A stretch of DNA of 64,000 nucleotides from Hyphochytrium catenoides (taxonomy: Eukaryota; Protista; Hyphochytriomycota): positions 3,576 through 67,575 of the forward strand of contig FLMG01000823.1 in the NCBI GenBank assembly GCA_900088475.1, given 5' to 3'. Below the pieces are notes generated by a model. It saw only the letters and a program-made list of their open reading frames with translations. It searched no databases and was not told where the DNA came from. Every line of letters begins with the position of its first letter. The first letter of the stretch is position 1. Shown here in pieces: positions 17,747 through 29,954 of this stretch. A program made the position numbers and the translations under genes.

Positions 17747-20700
17747 CTATGCTACAACTGGAGCCTCGTGGGCTTCTAGCACAGGCTGCAATTGCCTGTG
17801 CTCAGGGAAGAGTTTCAAGAAAAACGCATCAATCACAGAAAAGCCCAAATTTTTAACCATCACTTCGCTCTGGAGCATTTCATGCAGCTGATGACAGGGA
17901 GAGGAACGGGTGCAAGAAAGGTTAGACGGACGCGAGGGAGGAACCAGAGGACAGCGATTAGGGAGGATTGATATCATAGTGATGATGCTTAGCTAGCACA
18001 TTAAGATATGCAGTGGACTGTAGAGGGCGGGCGGAACTAAAAGCAGGGAAGGAACTCTCGCGGTGTTGGGGCAGAACCAATATGTTCTTTACCTTGGTAG
18101 CTCCTTGGAAGGCTGCGTCATCTCCTATGAGGGAGATTAGAGGCGTCGGAATAGCTCGCGTTAAGAGCTGAAGTGACTACGGAACAAGGAAGATGCGTTA
18201 GGCATCCTAAGGTTCTCCATGCCTTTCAGGCTCATCTCTCTCCATCTCTTTAAGTCCTGTCACTCTCTTCCCTTGCCAGTTTGCTTCCGGCTGATGGCGC
18301 TGGCAATTCTGCTGAACAAATGCTGGTTAGCCTTTGGTCTATACCCTACCTCCTCCTTGGTCTTCCACTTCTCTTCAGCACTCCTAGCCTTTGTCGGTGT
18401 TGGGCCAGCTTGTTCCATTAGCTTTCCTTCTAAAGGCCAGATCTGCAATCTAACGCTCCGAATAGCACGGCTGACGCGCTCAGAGCTGAGGAGCTTTTGA
18501 ATAAAGCAGAGGAGCATTTGCAAAACCACCATCAGACGGCTATGGAAGGCAAAAAGAGGGAATAGAGATCTGGCGCCAGCATTTGAGCTCAGGTGTCGCA
18601 TCACATTAGCGAATAGCATATAAAGCTAAGGGCACCACTGGCCAGGAGGCATTCAAGTAAGACAAGAAGGGAGATCGATTGTCTGGAAAGGCCCCCTTCG
18701 GACGGGGGAAGCGGCATTTCGACGGTTTTTGAAGCTCTCACGCACGCGCTACCTGGGGAAACTGAGTGGAAAGCCATCTATTGATAGATCCGTGAAGCAG
18801 GAACTGCACCAGGCTCTGGATTAACAGCAACACTTGTCGCCGAACCATGCCTAGCTCTTCCAAGCGAAATATCTCTTTCACTAGAGCGTAGATCTGGGAC
18901 TCCAGCGACTGAAGAAGATTAAAGATGCGAGAAACATCACCCAAAGTAGGTAAGTTCAAGAAAAGAAAAGTTAGGTTCCATTAGCCAACTTGGCGACAGT
19001 AGAGACGCTTGGATTAAAGATACCACAGAGACCACCGGAGAAACGGGTCAACGAGACAGCATGCGGCAGAACAGTGACTGGTGTAGGCCAAGAGTTCAAG
19101 AACTTGACCTGAAGGGATGCATCGGAGACGATCCAGGCGGATGAAGGCTTCCTCGTGATTTGCGGCTCTCCCTTCTTCCCTAGCCAGACGATGTTTCCTG
19201 CAGTGCAGCCTGTTAGCGTTTCTGGCACCATTTGAGGGAGCCTTGGAAAGACCAAACCAGATCATCAGTGGGGACGTTCTGCTTGGGTACTTTACGATAG
19301 GCTTAGGCAGATCAAGTGGAAGGGCAGATAGATGTAGGGCGACACAGCGGAGGGATAAGTAGACGGGGTAAACCTGGCACGTGCTCGGTTATCATCAGAA
19401 AGTCTTGTATCTCCTTCGCAGCTGGAAGGGTCTTGGCCTGGAGCAGGCTGCAGAGGTAGGAAGATAGGCTGTCGCATAGCGAGGAGAGAGAACTTGTAGA
19501 GAGAACTGCCCATCCAGGAACATCCTACAGCAGACAGGAAAACGAAGAGAGAAGGGACAGACCATGTGCCTTAGCAGTAACTCGACCCATGAGATGTGGC
19601 AAGGAAATAGGAGATAGACGAACGCAGAATAAGGAAGAATGGGATGAAACAACAAGAGAATCAACTCGCTCCCTCTTAGAGGTTCCCTTTAATGGGAAGG
19701 TGGAGGCGCACGATACTACATACTGGTGGTCGCCTAGCATCTCGGATCTCTGCGTAGCGGACGCTGCTGGACGCCGAAGAAGGTGACATGGATAAAGAGG
19801 ATGAGGATGCCAGCTGTTGTCGTCTAAGGTTGTCAAGTCTTTCGTGGAGAGCTACAAAATCATTCGCAGTTCGTCGGACTTGCCAAGAGAGGTACTGTCC
19901 TTCCCTCTCCTGCCCTGGCGTTGTTCTCAACTCAGCAAACATCTGTAGGAAACAACCCCGTGCATGAAGTTAGCGGTTAATTCAAACAAGGATCAAGAGT
20001 CTAGAGCACGTGCCAGGAACCACGAATGTTAGGAAGGGGAAGGTTGAGAGGAAGTTTCTATGAGATAGCAGGGTTACCTGGATCACTATTTGGGGATTGC
20101 TGTCGAGGCAAATGCCATCGTAGGTGGGCGAGTCTATGGCGATTGCTTGCATCTGGATGTGGAAGGGGAGACCTGAGGTTTGTCCCTGGGGTACAAGGTT
20201 GTAAGCCGAAGGCATTGAAAGAAGGAGTGACCCACAGCAAGCGGGCTGCCACTAGAAAGAAGGCTTGGAAAAGGGCTATTCCCTTGGAAGGAAGTAGGGA
20301 GCGAAGGAGAGTGTGATAGCTGTCCAGGAAAATGGTTCTCATACCTGGAACTCTACCATTGTCCGCCCTTCCAGCTCAACTAACGGTTTACCAATCTTTC
20401 CGTTTAAAGGCGTATCATGAGATCTGACATGAGAGGAAGGAGTAAGCTAGAAAAGCTCGTAGAGACCGTCAACGAAAGAAAAAAGCACTAAGAGAAGAAA
20501 GCGTGTGAGCCCAAGACGTCTGATCGGCTTCTGGAATCCTCTTGGGCCTCTTCATCGCTCTCTATCCTCTTTCTCTTCCTTTAGCTCTGACTGGTAGTCA
20601 ATCAAGCCTACCTTCTTGATTCTGCCTGATCCGTACGTTTGACAACATTGGCCTCCTTCCTTCTCCTTAACCTCACCCAGCACCTTCTTCTAACGCAGTC

Positions 20701-23700
20701 ATAGCCGCGGTGGGTAGGATGGAAGGAGTGGTCGAAGCCCAACGCGTACTCCCAGCCAGACAAGTCTGATAACCGCAGCGGAGTGGGAGAACAGTAGAGC
20801 GCAAAGAGATGTAGGTAAGTTCTCGGTTAACAAATATCCAGGCATGGCTCTTCTCCTTTGTTTCGTGAGTTTAAATGCCACTCTCCTGAGGATCGAGCTT
20901 CCATAGGTGAAGGTAAACCTCGTACTCGACCTCCTCCATTGTGATTCCTGCTTCCAGCTCTAGCGTTTTCTGTTCCATGCGTCTTCTATTGAATCTATGC
21001 ACTAGAGCTAGCTTGTTCTCGAATTTTTACCTTCGGAGGCCAGTCTATGGATGACCACTCTCCAAGGCCCATCCCAGACCCAAAGTGGGGGAAGAACAAC
21101 GTTCTTCACTTCCCTTTCTTCGCCTCTACTGTCGGGTCTTTGCACCTTTATCCAGCCCTGCAGAGGTAGATATCTTTCATGCTCATAAACGCGCTCCAAG
21201 TAGCTCTCTAATTGAAGGTAAGAGGAGCGGATTGGGCGCGAAAGTCAATAAATGTGCGAAAGAGATAGAGAAGGTTGCGCGTAGTGGCCAGATTTAGGAT
21301 GAGGATACTAGGGCACTGATCGTCTTCAGACTTAGCAAACGATGTACCACCAATCTCTTACCCTCTTCTCCTTGCTCTTGCTGCCTCGCAAGCTCCTGGC
21401 GCTCTGGAGTCAGAGGAGAAGCCGGAGATGGTGACGAAGAGAATTGCAGCTCCAAATGATTTAGCCTGCTGAGTAGCTGCAGCAACTCCCCAACCGCAAG
21501 CTCGTTTCTGAGAAGTGCTTCCGCGGTGTAGAAATCTCTTGTGACCTCCTTAGAAATAGAGAAAGCTGCGGCGAGGTACATGAGACGGTAATGAAGCAGT
21601 AAACGGGAGAACAATAGAAGGAAGACCTTTGAAGACAAGAGCCACAGAGCAGAGAAGCACCGAAAGAAAGAGAAAGCGGGTGAAGAGGTATGGGAGATAC
21701 AAACGACAACTAAACGGACGCTACGAACGCCAGGCAGGCACTTCTTATACGTTGCTACCCACTAACCGTTAAAGAACTCCCAGAGATCGCCCTCTTCTAG
21801 ACAGGAAAGAATCCACCGGCCACCCTCTGGACTGTTAGCCCAATCAAGGGTTGGAAGTTCATCGCACTCTAGCGAGAGGATACTGCCAAATTGAAAAATG
21901 CAGAAGTCAGATTTCGAAGCAGAGTGGACCAAGAGCATGCGAAGCAGATGTAGCACTAACAGAGGTTGTTAAAGGAAGGGAAGACTGGCCTCACCGCTGG
22001 CCAATGAATGGTGCGAAAATCCTACTCTCGCAGACGTATGACCAGTACGAGGGACGATCTTCAGCCTTTTCTAACGGCTGCTCCCCGCTTTCTCCAATCT
22101 TTTCATCTTTCTGCTCCGGAGACTCTTGAGGATATTCCGCATCTTCCTCGGGACCTTGGTTTGCTCGTTTTGCTCTGTTCTCTCTCATCCCGTGTAATAG
22201 AATTTTCTCTAGCGCAACCACAAAGCTCTGCACCTCCGCAGCATCTACTGGCAACTATGTGCGTGGCATACAGACAGACAGTCAGTTTAACATAAAGTTC
22301 TTGAACAAATTGGTAGCTCTCTGGCTTAGAAGATATTGTGTCGAATAGCGGGCCGGCAAAATTCAGGACTAGCAGAAGTTATACACGAACAGCAGGAACA
22401 GAGCGCAAGGTAAGTGCTGAAGAGAGAGCTTCTGACTTTGCAATCCGTAGGTAGCTGTCGGCAAAGTCTAAGAAGATTCTCCTGTGCGATGCCGAGGTGA
22501 AGTAGGAACTCATGATACTTATCCTCTGTGAATAGAGAAAGTGACATGGTAGCAGGTGGCGACCAGAGGTCCAGACGGGATTGATTCCCTACGATAGTAG
22601 GCGAACTAGATCTCGCCTAGAGTACGAGAGTCATAGGGAGGAACGAAGGAAGGAGAAGGAAGGTGATTCTGTCAATAGCTGCTGAAAATGGAAGAAGTCT
22701 GGCAGTGGGATAGATTGCGTTGAGTCATGCCATTGCTAGACATAGAGACGGACGGAGTGGAGGGCTAGAGCTTACGACTCTGAAGTAGCAGTTCGCAGCG
22801 AAAACAACCGAGAGAAGTAGAGTAACCATAACTGCAAGGGAGAGATTGTCAAAGAGTGGGAACTCGGTGGGCGGAGTTCTCAAGCGACGGTGGGAGAGCT
22901 TGCTTAAGCCTGACCTTCTCTTGGGAAATCGCTCTTCTGAGTTTGTTGGGAGCGTCAAGAATCTTACTCTTCATGTTACGGACGCCTCGTGCGCTTTCCC
23001 CTCTCACCAGTCTCAATAGCTGTGCCCCGGATTTGGCTGAAAGCTGTGGACTGAGACTGCTGAATGATGGACTGGAGTTGTGAAAGGTAACCGCATCAGA
23101 GCAGTGAGGAGTCATGAAGGGTAGGCAACCCAGAGAGGGAGCAAGACTACCAGAGGGAATACGAGGGAAGGTCCAAAGACGGCCAGCAGAAGAGACTAAA
23201 GACGGTTGCCCTGGTCTCTTTAGTAGCACGGAAATTGATTAGCAGCGTAGAAGACAAACATCGGTAGTGCACAGGTAGGCTTATGAAGGGCCAAGAAAAA
23301 GAGAGATTCACCTTATACTGCCGTCAAGATAAGGGATCTTAACCTTAGACTTTTTGGCCTTGACATCAGATATTTGTCCTGGCAGACGTGGAGGGTAAGC
23401 ATGCTTCAGATCTAATGCTTTCCTTCTATATCACATTACTTTGGCTCCGAATGCCATGTTCTTCCGTCTCTTCTCTCTCAACTAACAACCATCTACCCAT
23501 AGGTTCTCTATAGTTACTTTTGCGGACGGACTAGCGACGCTCTTACCGCTAGCGTTTTGTCCAGATTGAAGAAACTCACGCAGAGAGACTGCCTGTACGG
23601 TCTCGCAGAGAGAGGTCATCTGTAACAGAAGGAGAAGTTCTGTTAGACCCTAGAGAGCAAGGGATAACTTGGACGAGAGAAAATCCAAGATAGATTTAGC

Positions 23701-26284
23701 GAGGAAGATAGCGACCGAATGACTGTTGAAGAGCAATGTGACGGATCTTCCCTCAAAGAGTGGAGGGGAGGGCGGCCACTCGCTTGCAAATAGCATTCTA
23801 AAGAAGTTTGAAAAGAGGCATTGGTCACCTGTTCCTCAAGCAATGCAGGTGCGCCTGGAACCCGAGAGTAAGTGTCCGAAGTCGGAGGAGACGGACTGGA
23901 AGCAATTCTCACTTCCTCATTACTCGGTAGCATCAGCTTCTGCTCTATTGCTTCTCTCTCCAGTGACGGAAGAAGGGAAGCAGAGGGTAGTGTGGACGCA
24001 GGTGTCTCTTTCAAAGAAGAAACAACCAGCTGATTAAGGAAATCTGGCTCCCACAGAGCCATCAGAGGCTGGAGGACGGAGCAAGAAAGAACTTCTGTCC
24101 CAAGCCGTAGGGTGCCAGACATCAGAAGAGAGCTTGATATAGGAGTAGCCTGACAAGAAGGGTCGCTGGATCCTTCATTGCTTCTGCCTAACCCCAAGAG
24201 AGAGAGAAGAAGGAGAGAAGAAAGCCTTCTTAGGTAATCCCTCTCTTCGGCTAAAGCAGGATGAAGACAGCCTTGTTTCCTCAGGGCATCTTTGAGGAGA
24301 TGGTCGCAATGATCTATCCTTCTCCCCTCTCCATCTAGTCCTTGTCTTTCCATTCCAGCGAGATAATGGACATGAGAAATATGAAGTCGAAGGAGTTCAC
24401 CAATCTCTTCTAATAGTGACACGATGAAGCCACCGTCTATCTTTCGCAAGCGCACAGAGAGCTCTCCCAGGATATGCACCAGGACTCTCTTGGTGTCATC
24501 AGGGAACTCTTTGTCGTCGGTCAACCCTATTCAGAAGAAGCATGAGAAGAGAGACTTTGGACTGAAGAGAGTCACGTAACGGCAAGACCAAGATGCCGTG
24601 CAGTGGCAGCTTGCCTGATTTCTTACCTTGATACCACGTCTCGATGAACTGGCTGATAATTTGATTAACAAGCTCGCCTGAGTAACAGCGAAGTAAGAAA
24701 GACGGGCCGACTTTTGGCTGCCAGTGGCAACAGGAGAAAGAGAGCAAGAAAGACAGAAAAGGGAAATGAGAAGTACGGGACGGGAGCAGAGGCTACGAAC
24801 CTAACTCGTGAGCCACATCGGGACTCAGATCCCAGTCTTTAACTAGAGCTTCAGCTGGAGAGAACCTCCGCAAAGACTTTTCTCCATCAGAAAGACCAGC
24901 AAGGAGCGAATGCAGTTCCAAAATCGACCTCCTCAGTCTCTTTCGACCTGTGGAGTCCCGGGTGGATGCTAATGGCTGCTGCCGATGGCGGAGACTGTTG
25001 GAGTGCTTCTCTAGCCATCCCAAGACAAAAGCGGTGACGCCAAGGTAGGCGATGAGCTGGACTGCCTGTCGGGCAAGGTGTACGATAGCCTGGGTTGAAA
25101 TTTAAGAAGGTGGACGTCAGAGGAGCCGAAGTCTGCTGCTATACTACTTCTTTTCCGTCTCTCTTTGGTTTCTGCAGAGGTAGACATCAGTCTCTTAGCC
25201 TTTACATCTCCTTCTCTTGCTGCGCCTTCTGATGTATAGTGGTGTTCGGAGAGCCACATGGCCTTTTATTAAGGCTTCCAGCGCTGATGACGTAAGCCAT
25301 GCCTTACGCTCAGGGGTGATAACCCTACCCCTTCATCTCTTCCCTCTTCCCTAGTCATGTCTTACCTGCCAGAAAGCCTGTAAGATGCCTACGTGGAGCG
25401 CCAACACTAGGGCCACTAAGCTGCAAGTGAGCAGTCGAGACCGTGAAGCGGCTTCCTCTCCCGCCATATACCTAAGCACAGTTGCACCTATGCTTGGTCT
25501 GGACATTGGGCAGCAGGAAGGGAGAGCCCCACGGTCGATTTCAGAAGGGACTGGGCTAATAGAGATAGTAGAGCGCGGCCATCAGCTCTAGACTGCAGGC
25601 GTGATCGTCCCTTCTAGAGCAACATTCCGGAGGCATGTGCATCCTTCCATCTATCCTGCCCCCGCAATCAGAGTGCCTCTGACGAGCAGGCGACAGGTCT
25701 GGACCCCCAAGAGCCAGCCAAACTCTGCAATTCGAGCCTGGGGCAAATAGCAGGGACAGAAAGGGGACGGTTGACCGGCTGGAGCTCCCCGCGCTTTTAT
25801 CTACGCTGCATCCTCTCCTCTTCTCTCGCTCACCTGCTGCTAACCGCACCGCTTCAGACTTCAGGGCTTTGGCCTCGTGGGATCAGACTTCCAACCAACC
25901 TCTTAGCCCGTATACAGACCTACCCCTGGAGCAGTGATGTAACGACCGGCCTTTCCTCTCTTCCTGTCTCTTACATGTCCTACGAGGCACGGACGGAGTG
26001 AGAGAGCGCCTGAGAGGGCCTTACAGATGCGAGAGATTGCGTATGAAGCCTGGCGTAGAGGCGATATGTTCTCTAGCCCCCATAGGGAGGAAGACAATCA
26101 GTCGCCGCAAGTGCACACAGAGACCACGCTCCTAGAAAGAGTGATAATGGGGTGGAACAAATCTCTTCCTGGTGCTTCCTACTGAGTGAGGCCTGTGTGT
26201 CAAGGCGACAGTAGCTGGCCGCGGTGGGTTATCCATTTTGTCAGACTGCGCACATCCACCGTTCACCTCTACGCCATCGTCCAT
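17747..26284 (-). CDS. Large sorting nexin-like protein (SNX13/14/Mdm1-related): TM-PXA-RUN-DysF-PX-PXC, multi-exon; start approximate
   Basis: PXA: IISQFIETWYQ/TDDKEFP, LHPALAEERDYLRRLS, EVLSCSVLQPLMALWEPDFLNQ. RUN: LEKILLHG, YWSY, GRWILSCLEEG, FYTAEALLR. DysF: VYEHERYLPLQGW, WVWDGPWRV, VRRRCWVR. PX-like: WQVRRTANDFVALHERL. PXC: LVKEIFRL..MVRRQV, QIWPLEGKL, LHEMLQSEVMVKNLGFSVID..FLKLFPE. Stop at 17747. Confidence 0.8.
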
Positions 26285-26999
26285 TGTTGGTCTTGGCTTT
26301 AGATGACATTAGCTTGATGAACGCTATCGCCGTTGTTGTTTCCTGAATTTGGGGTAACATTTGACATTGTCATGCTTAGACTGATAGTTCTCAACAGTAC
26401 TACTACTAGTATGGCCAGCAGCTCACCACATTTCTCTTGCTACGAAGTGCTGAAAGCAACTTCTCAGTAGCAGTTCGGAATGAGAGGCGAGGAGAAGGTG
26501 CCGTCGGGACGAGTGAGTTTGAGCGAAGTCGTACTAGAGATACGTCTTGGACAAGACATTACACTGCCTTTGAGGCTTAGACATAGAAGTTCCATCCAAG
26601 CAGACAACTAGATTTCGGTAAAAACAGTTCAGTCTGTGCCTATCTATGGTCTGTTCGCGCCATAACTAGCTGGATCTGTCTGTCATGCCCCACGGCTCTG
26701 CAACTCTAGCGGAGTCAATGGCTCTTAGTGTCGAGCGAGGCACACGATGCAGCACACGTCTAAGCAAAATGTCAGTTCGTTGCAACGGCAGCACTAGAGG
26801 CAGCTGGTCTTACCAGGGTTCTGAAAAAAAACTTAATGAACCGCGCATCGCCTCCCGACATTAGCAGTAAAAGTAGGGAGAAGATAGGGTCATTTTGAAC
26901 AGGAGTGTGATCCCCTTGGGCGTTGCGCCTTGTGATTGCGAGCGGCATTAGAGAGTTGAATAGAGAATGGGGCCGGAGGCCGCAGAATGTTGTCCTGGT

Positions 27000-29140
27000 C
27001 TAGCTGTCTGGATTTTTGAAGAAGCTGCGGATCAACGGCTTCGTAGAGGTCATTGAATCCACCAGCTTGATCAGCTGAAAAGCTAAATTTCTTTCCCTAT
27101 CTTCCTGCTCCGATCTCTCCTCCCTCTGTAAGATAGCTGGTCGTTTCTCCGGCCAAACCGTGTTCAGGAAGTTCACAGCGACTTTGGCAAACTTCGAGTG
27201 CACAAAAGAGCTGTACGAGGACTCCTCGCTGCGTGACTGGGAGACGGCGTGTTGATCGCTTCGCCTACAGCAAAACCCGCAAAATAATGGAGTGCGACAA
27301 GGGTCATTCTCTCATTTGCCTAACTAGTCAGGTCGCTGGTCTACGTCACTTTCATAGTCCTCAACCGCCACCAAAGCTGCCAGCGCCCTTGCCATCTCCT
27401 ATATCGAGTGCTGACCTGATGGCAAGTTCCTTGTCCGCCATAAGGTAATGTCTCGCCACGGCAAGAGATTCTTCTGTGGTTTGGAAAGTGAGCCCTCCTG
27501 CCTTCTCTCCTTCACCATCCGTGGTGGAAGGCAAAATGGCTTGTAAAAGCTCGGAGCGATAAATAGCGGCCTCCTAGTGACCAGTACCCGCAAGTGAGGA
27601 TACAGGGCGATTGATCGGACACAATGATCAGGCAATAGCCAGATATGAATCAGAACACTGCACAGACCTCGTCAGGATAAGGAGGTGGATCTAACCCTTG
27701 AAGACAGTTGACAGAGTGATCCAGTTCATTTACCATCTGCAATAACTGCACAAGTGGCGCGTTGTAAGTAGAGGAAAAAAATCCTAGGCACATTGGGCGA
27801 AGAGGAGATGTGGACAAAGGCGGAATAAGATACCCGTACAGATGACCGAAAGATGACAAGCAGAGCTGAAAAGGCTTGGACTTGGTCTAGAGATAGTCAG
27901 GAGCACGATGTCAACAAGAAGAGAGATGAGGAGCTACGTAGTCTTGCACTAGCGCAATTCTCACTTTTCGCACCTTGTTCATCTTGTACCAGCCGGAAAA
28001 GCACTCCTCTAAATTATCAGATGACAGAGAGAGGACGATCTGAGGATTATCCTCACTTATGTCTCGTTTCACTGCGGCCCGCAGCTTTCCGTAAGCTGAT
28101 ATTAGGGCTCCCAGTTGGCTGCTACTTACTGCCCCTTGCCGTTTCCCTTTAGCCGCGCGAAGAGTGGTGAGAAAGAGGTCCTTCTTTCGAACTCCGATAG
28201 GGGAAAAAGAGCGTGAAGGGGCCGATTTGCCGGCAGCCCTCGACCCGGAGAGTTCGCCTATCTCCGACTGCAGTCTTAGCACTTCTTCCCTAAGCTTGCG
28301 ATAACGGTCGGGCAACCTAAGTGGAGGGGTAGGCTGAACCTTGATTTCCTCTATCTCCTCCTTGGTAAGGACGATTGGTTCAGGAAGTGATGGTGGAGGT
28401 GCAGAACGAGGAGGAGAGTAAGCTTGAACGTTCTTCTGTTGTTGGCCTTTATAGTCTGGAGCCGTACTACTGGATGCAAGAGCCTCATCAAGTTTCCTCC
28501 TTGCTTTAGAGCCTGCAGACGTGGCTGTCGCCATTGGCTTTCCTCGCTCGTCCTTTCTATCTTTCCCCTCAGCACTTGCTTTCGAAGGTAGGCCCCTGCT
28601 TGGCGGCTGTCGTGATGCTTTTTTGATGGTACTGACGGGACCAGGAGAAGGTTTCCTTGGTCCAACCGCCTGAGACTTGGATTTTGCTTGACGTGTCGCT
28701 ATTTTCTTTGTTTGCTTTGAGGCTAAAGATGGGTCAGTAAGAGGCCTCTTCTCAGTCTCTTCTTTTGTTTCTGCCTTACTCTCCTCGACGCTGTGGCGCA
28801 CCCGTTTTGCCTTGAGGAGCAGGGCCTCCAATGACCTCTCCAAGTCATTCACGGGGCCCTTATCGTCAGCGGAGGAGATAGGAGGGGGAGTCGACAGAGA
28901 GGATGCAGCATGAACCACGACTTCCTTTTGCTGGGCAGCTTCTTTCTTCTGTGCTATCAACCTGTCAATCCTTTGCTGTATGATGAGTGATTTTCGGTTG
29001 CCATAGAGGTCAACCAGATCCCTCAGACCTTGTACTTCTTCTTCGAGGAGGGCACACCGAAACTGTGCTTCGCTATTGCAATAATACAGCTCAGAGAGAA
29101 GCTGTGCTATAGCCCTCTCTGCGACGTTCTCCTGCGCCAT
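27000..29140 (-). CDS. TEDC2-like (tubulin epsilon and delta complex 2) protein, multi-exon
   Basis: A long first exon (29140 to about 27975) plus downstream exons to the stop at 27000. The motifs LERSLEALLLKAKRVR, PLRLPDRYRK and KKDLFLTTLR occur in the same order as my recollection of human TEDC2 (LEFLTQALEKAVRVR, LRLPAAFRK, KTQFLQNM). Coding status is strong; the identity is moderate. Confidence 0.55.
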
Positions 29141-29954
29141 CGTTGCATCCTATCTGTAGCTCAGCGAATAAAAAATGGTGCCTGAGCCCACTGCTCTCTT
29201 CTTAGCAGTAGTGGAACCATTTTGATCCTTTAACAGCATTGTTGACCGACCGCCCAGTAGCGTGAAACAAAGCACAATTGATCTCCTCTTCAGATGGGCT
29301 TGACGTTGCTTACCTATGGTTCTACAAGCGGCCACGGGCTGCGATTGAAGTGAGACAGCAAGAGCAGTGCCAAATCGCGCTGCGCCAGTGCTGAAGATGC
29401 CCTTATATTTAAGAGGATGGACGTCTGACAGACACACCACACCGACTGTACGAGTAGCTCTTCAAACGCCTTCCCTGGGGGGCATCTGAGTAAGATCAAT
29501 GATCAAAATCGGAAACAACGTTTAGTTACTGATAACCGGAGAATGCCTTATCTGGTGATATCGCTTTGTTGATATTTTGAAAGGCTGCAAGGTAATGAAA
29601 TTGCGCTTCGGAGCTTCGGATCTCGCCTTCATCTTCAAAGCTCGGCCCAGTGTCAGCATCATCATCATTCGCTGGCACTCGGTCGCCGCCTTCTTCTGCA
29701 ATGCAGCTAATAATAGCCGCGCAGATTGGGAAGCGCAAACTAGATGGAACGAGGAGCCGTAGAGAGCTCTCCCTCAATCGGGCTTAGGAGGTGATGCCGG
29801 GGTAAGTCTAAGCTAGTTAAGTTCGCTGAAGCCTTCACAGAAGGACGTATTTAGAAGAGGTAGCCGTGGAGCATTTGACGTTGAACGTTACTATGCTTCG
29901 GTAAAACACACGAAGGTTAACGCATCGAGAGATAGGGAGGCCTTAGCTCCTCCC

